This document shows positions 61,760 to 64,000 of a stretch of DNA of 64,000 bases, one piece after another (position 1 is the first letter of the stretch; every line of letters begins with the position of its first letter). The notes under the pieces were generated by a model. That model was given only the letters and a program-made list of their open reading frames with translations. It did not search any database and was not told the origin of the DNA. The translations under genes and the position numbers were made by a program. The stretch comes from Anolis carolinensis (Eukaryota), in NCBI RefSeq assembly GCF_035594765.1, contig NC_085846.1, positions 10,217,190 to 10,281,189 on the forward strand, read 5' to 3'.

Positions 61760-62290
61760 GTAAGAACGTAGTCGTTAGAAGGAAGGTTAGAACATGGAAG
61801 TTTGGAAGAAGATCTGGGTGACCTACCCAGGTTTAAATGAAAGTTATGCCTTCAGGTGTACCATTTTGGGTTATTACAAGTGGAGGAATGTAGCATCTCC
61901 ATCTGCCATTGCTCTATAAGCCACCATGTGCCCTAAAACTGATTACTTCTCCTATACAGCCATTGAGTTCACAGATTGGGACTAGGTCATTTTAAGGACT
62001 AAATATCCCTTTATGATACTATTAGATCTTCTTATACTGATTGGTGGTAACAAGGGAGAAGAACTCCTTGGTGGTTACTCCAAAACTTTGGAACTTTCTC
62101 CTTAGAAAGACCATGATAGTCTCATCTTTGCTCTATTCAGTCAGAAAATTAAATCATTTTCAAGCTCTCAGGCTTTTACAAATTGACTGCACGGGGTGTT
62201 AAAGCTGCACATGTGCACACACACAATTGTTTCTGTGTTTCACGTATCTGTAAACCTTTCATATTATCCTTCCTTGGCTTTCATCCCCAG

Positions 62291-63151
62291 CTCACCTATA
62301 GCTCTGCTACAGAACGGAATGACAAAAACGAGGCTGCCTTTTTCCACTGGATGTTCCCAAATGGAAATAAGCAGTACTTGGGGCTGCTCCAGTTGTTGCT
62401 CCATTTTAGCTGGATATGGATTGGGGTGATCTATGATGAAGTTGAGAGTCTAGAAAAGTTTGTGATGGAGTTGCTTCCATTGTTTTCTCAGAATGGTATT
62501 TGCACTGACATCATTGAGAAAATACCAGTAAAAAGTTATCAGAATGGCATCACTGAAATGATAAGTGACTGGACTGCCACATTTCAGCGTGTCTTCAACA
62601 GTACAGCCAATGTCATGATCTTTCATGGTGAGGTTCAGAGCATATCTTATTTAAGAATTATATACCACTTTTTCAAATTCGAAGGCATATCAATTCAAGA
62701 CAAAGGAAAAATTTGGATTATGACAGGGGAGACAGATTTCACATCATCTCTCTCTCAAAGAACGATGGACATCCATTTCCTTCATGGTGCTCTCTCCTTG
62801 ACACTTCATTCGAAGGAGGTGTTAGGATTCAGACAGTTCCTGCAAACAAGAAACCATATATCAGAAAAAGGGGATGACTTTGTTAGGGTTTTCTGGGAAG
62901 AGGCATTTAATTGCTTGTTTCCCACCTCTATCCTGGATGAACTGGATGAGAATATCTGCACTGGAAAGGAGAAACTGGTGACTCTTCCAAGCTCTGTTTT
63001 TGAAATGAGCATGACTAGCCACAGCTATGCCATTTATAATGCAGTTTACGCTCTGACATATGCTTTCCATGCCATGCATTCATCCCCGTCAAAGAGGAGA
63101 GCAGTGGTGACTGGAGGGAGAAGGAGTATGTTAACTCCGCAGTCATGGCAG
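62291..63151 (+). CDS. V2R gene E, coding exon 3
   Basis: 861 bp, open, CCCAG acceptor and GTAAT donor; same length as gene C exon 3. Confidence 0.96.
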
Positions 63152-63757
63152 GTAATGTCCTTAGCAGAAGGCCCCACATATATTAATACAATAGCCATCA
63201 TCAGTTGCATATGATGTGGTAGACTAAGAGTTGTTTGTATTATGCAAATATAGGATTACGATTCTATTTTAATTATCATCCTTTGGATTCCTGGGGTTTG
63301 CAGTTTCAGGTAAGGTATTCAGAACATGTGGAACTACCAACCTCACCACAAGTCCCAGGAAATTAAATATCAGGATTCACCCATGGTAATTAAAGTGGAA
63401 TAATAATTCATGTAGTGCAAAAGAGCCCCAAGTTAGCCTACAAGGTTCCTTTGTTTTCTGATACAGACCAATTTTCCTGTGCTTTGAATTCAGCTGCATT
63501 TTTTCTACATTCTGTATTTACACTTGGACACATAAGCAGGAATTTAAAGGTAAACTGAACTTTCTGCCAAGCTATTTGGCAATCTCATAACTCTTGCATG
63601 TGAAAATGAAGCAAGTAAAGATTTATAACTCTAGCAGATATCTTCATGACTATTGTCACAAGCATTAATCTGACTAAAGCTTTTTAAAGGAACACTTAAC
63701 TCAAAAGATTATCACGCAAAGTATATATGCTGATGTGGCTGTGTTTCCTCTATTTAG

Positions 63758-63982
63758 ATCTCTCACTACCTGAGAAGTTGGTCATTCAACAACAGTGCTG
63801 GAGAGTTTTCCTTTGACCAAAATGGAGAAGCTGTTGGTGGATATGATATTGTCAATTGGGTCACATTCCCAAATCTGTCTTTTCTTCGCATTAAAGTTGG
63901 GCATATAGATTTACAGGCTTCCACAGGCATATCGTTCACAATTGATGAAGATATCATTGAATGGCCCGGCATATTTAACAAG
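63758..63982 (+). CDS. V2R gene E, coding exon 4 (GC donor)
   Basis: 225 bp, open; ISHYLRSWSFNNSAGEFSFDQNG..YDIVNWVTFPN..WPGIFNK; followed by GCAAGG. Confidence 0.92.
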
Positions 63983-64000
63983 GCAAGGTCTACATAGATG

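Overview
Eukaryotic (squamate reptile, most likely an Anolis-type lizard, judging from Sauria SINEs and other lizard repeats) genomic window. It is a tandem cluster of vomeronasal type-2 receptor genes (V2R; class C GPCRs) with the standard 6-coding-exon layout. Three apparently intact genes lie on the minus strand: B 7846-17253 (~884 aa), C 22826-31844 (~893 aa) and D 35827-48634 (~874 aa). The 5' part of a fourth minus-strand gene (A, exons 1-2, a recent duplicate of B) lies at the left edge. Exons 1-4 of a plus-strand gene (E, an inverted paralog of C) lie at the right edge. Gene D carries a decayed duplicate of its ligand-binding exon 3. Between the divergently oriented D and E sits a nearly intact ~5.7 kb tyrosine-recombinase (DIRS-order, Ngaro-like) retrotransposon: gag-like ORF, RT/RNase H with one nonsense codon, and YR. 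Introns and spacers are packed with hAT, Tc1/pogo and Harbinger MITEs, a Helitron, SINEs, solo LTRs, and R4/Dong, L1, L2, Rex1, RTE and Penelope fragments. Most notable: the YR element and its att-like junction; a solo LTR whose reading frame carries repeated acidic FxGF-type motifs; a Penelope hammerhead ribozyme relic; a conserved GC splice donor; a shared O/E(EBF)-like promoter motif; and independent TE insertions at the same paralogous site. All family assignments are by eye, without database searches.
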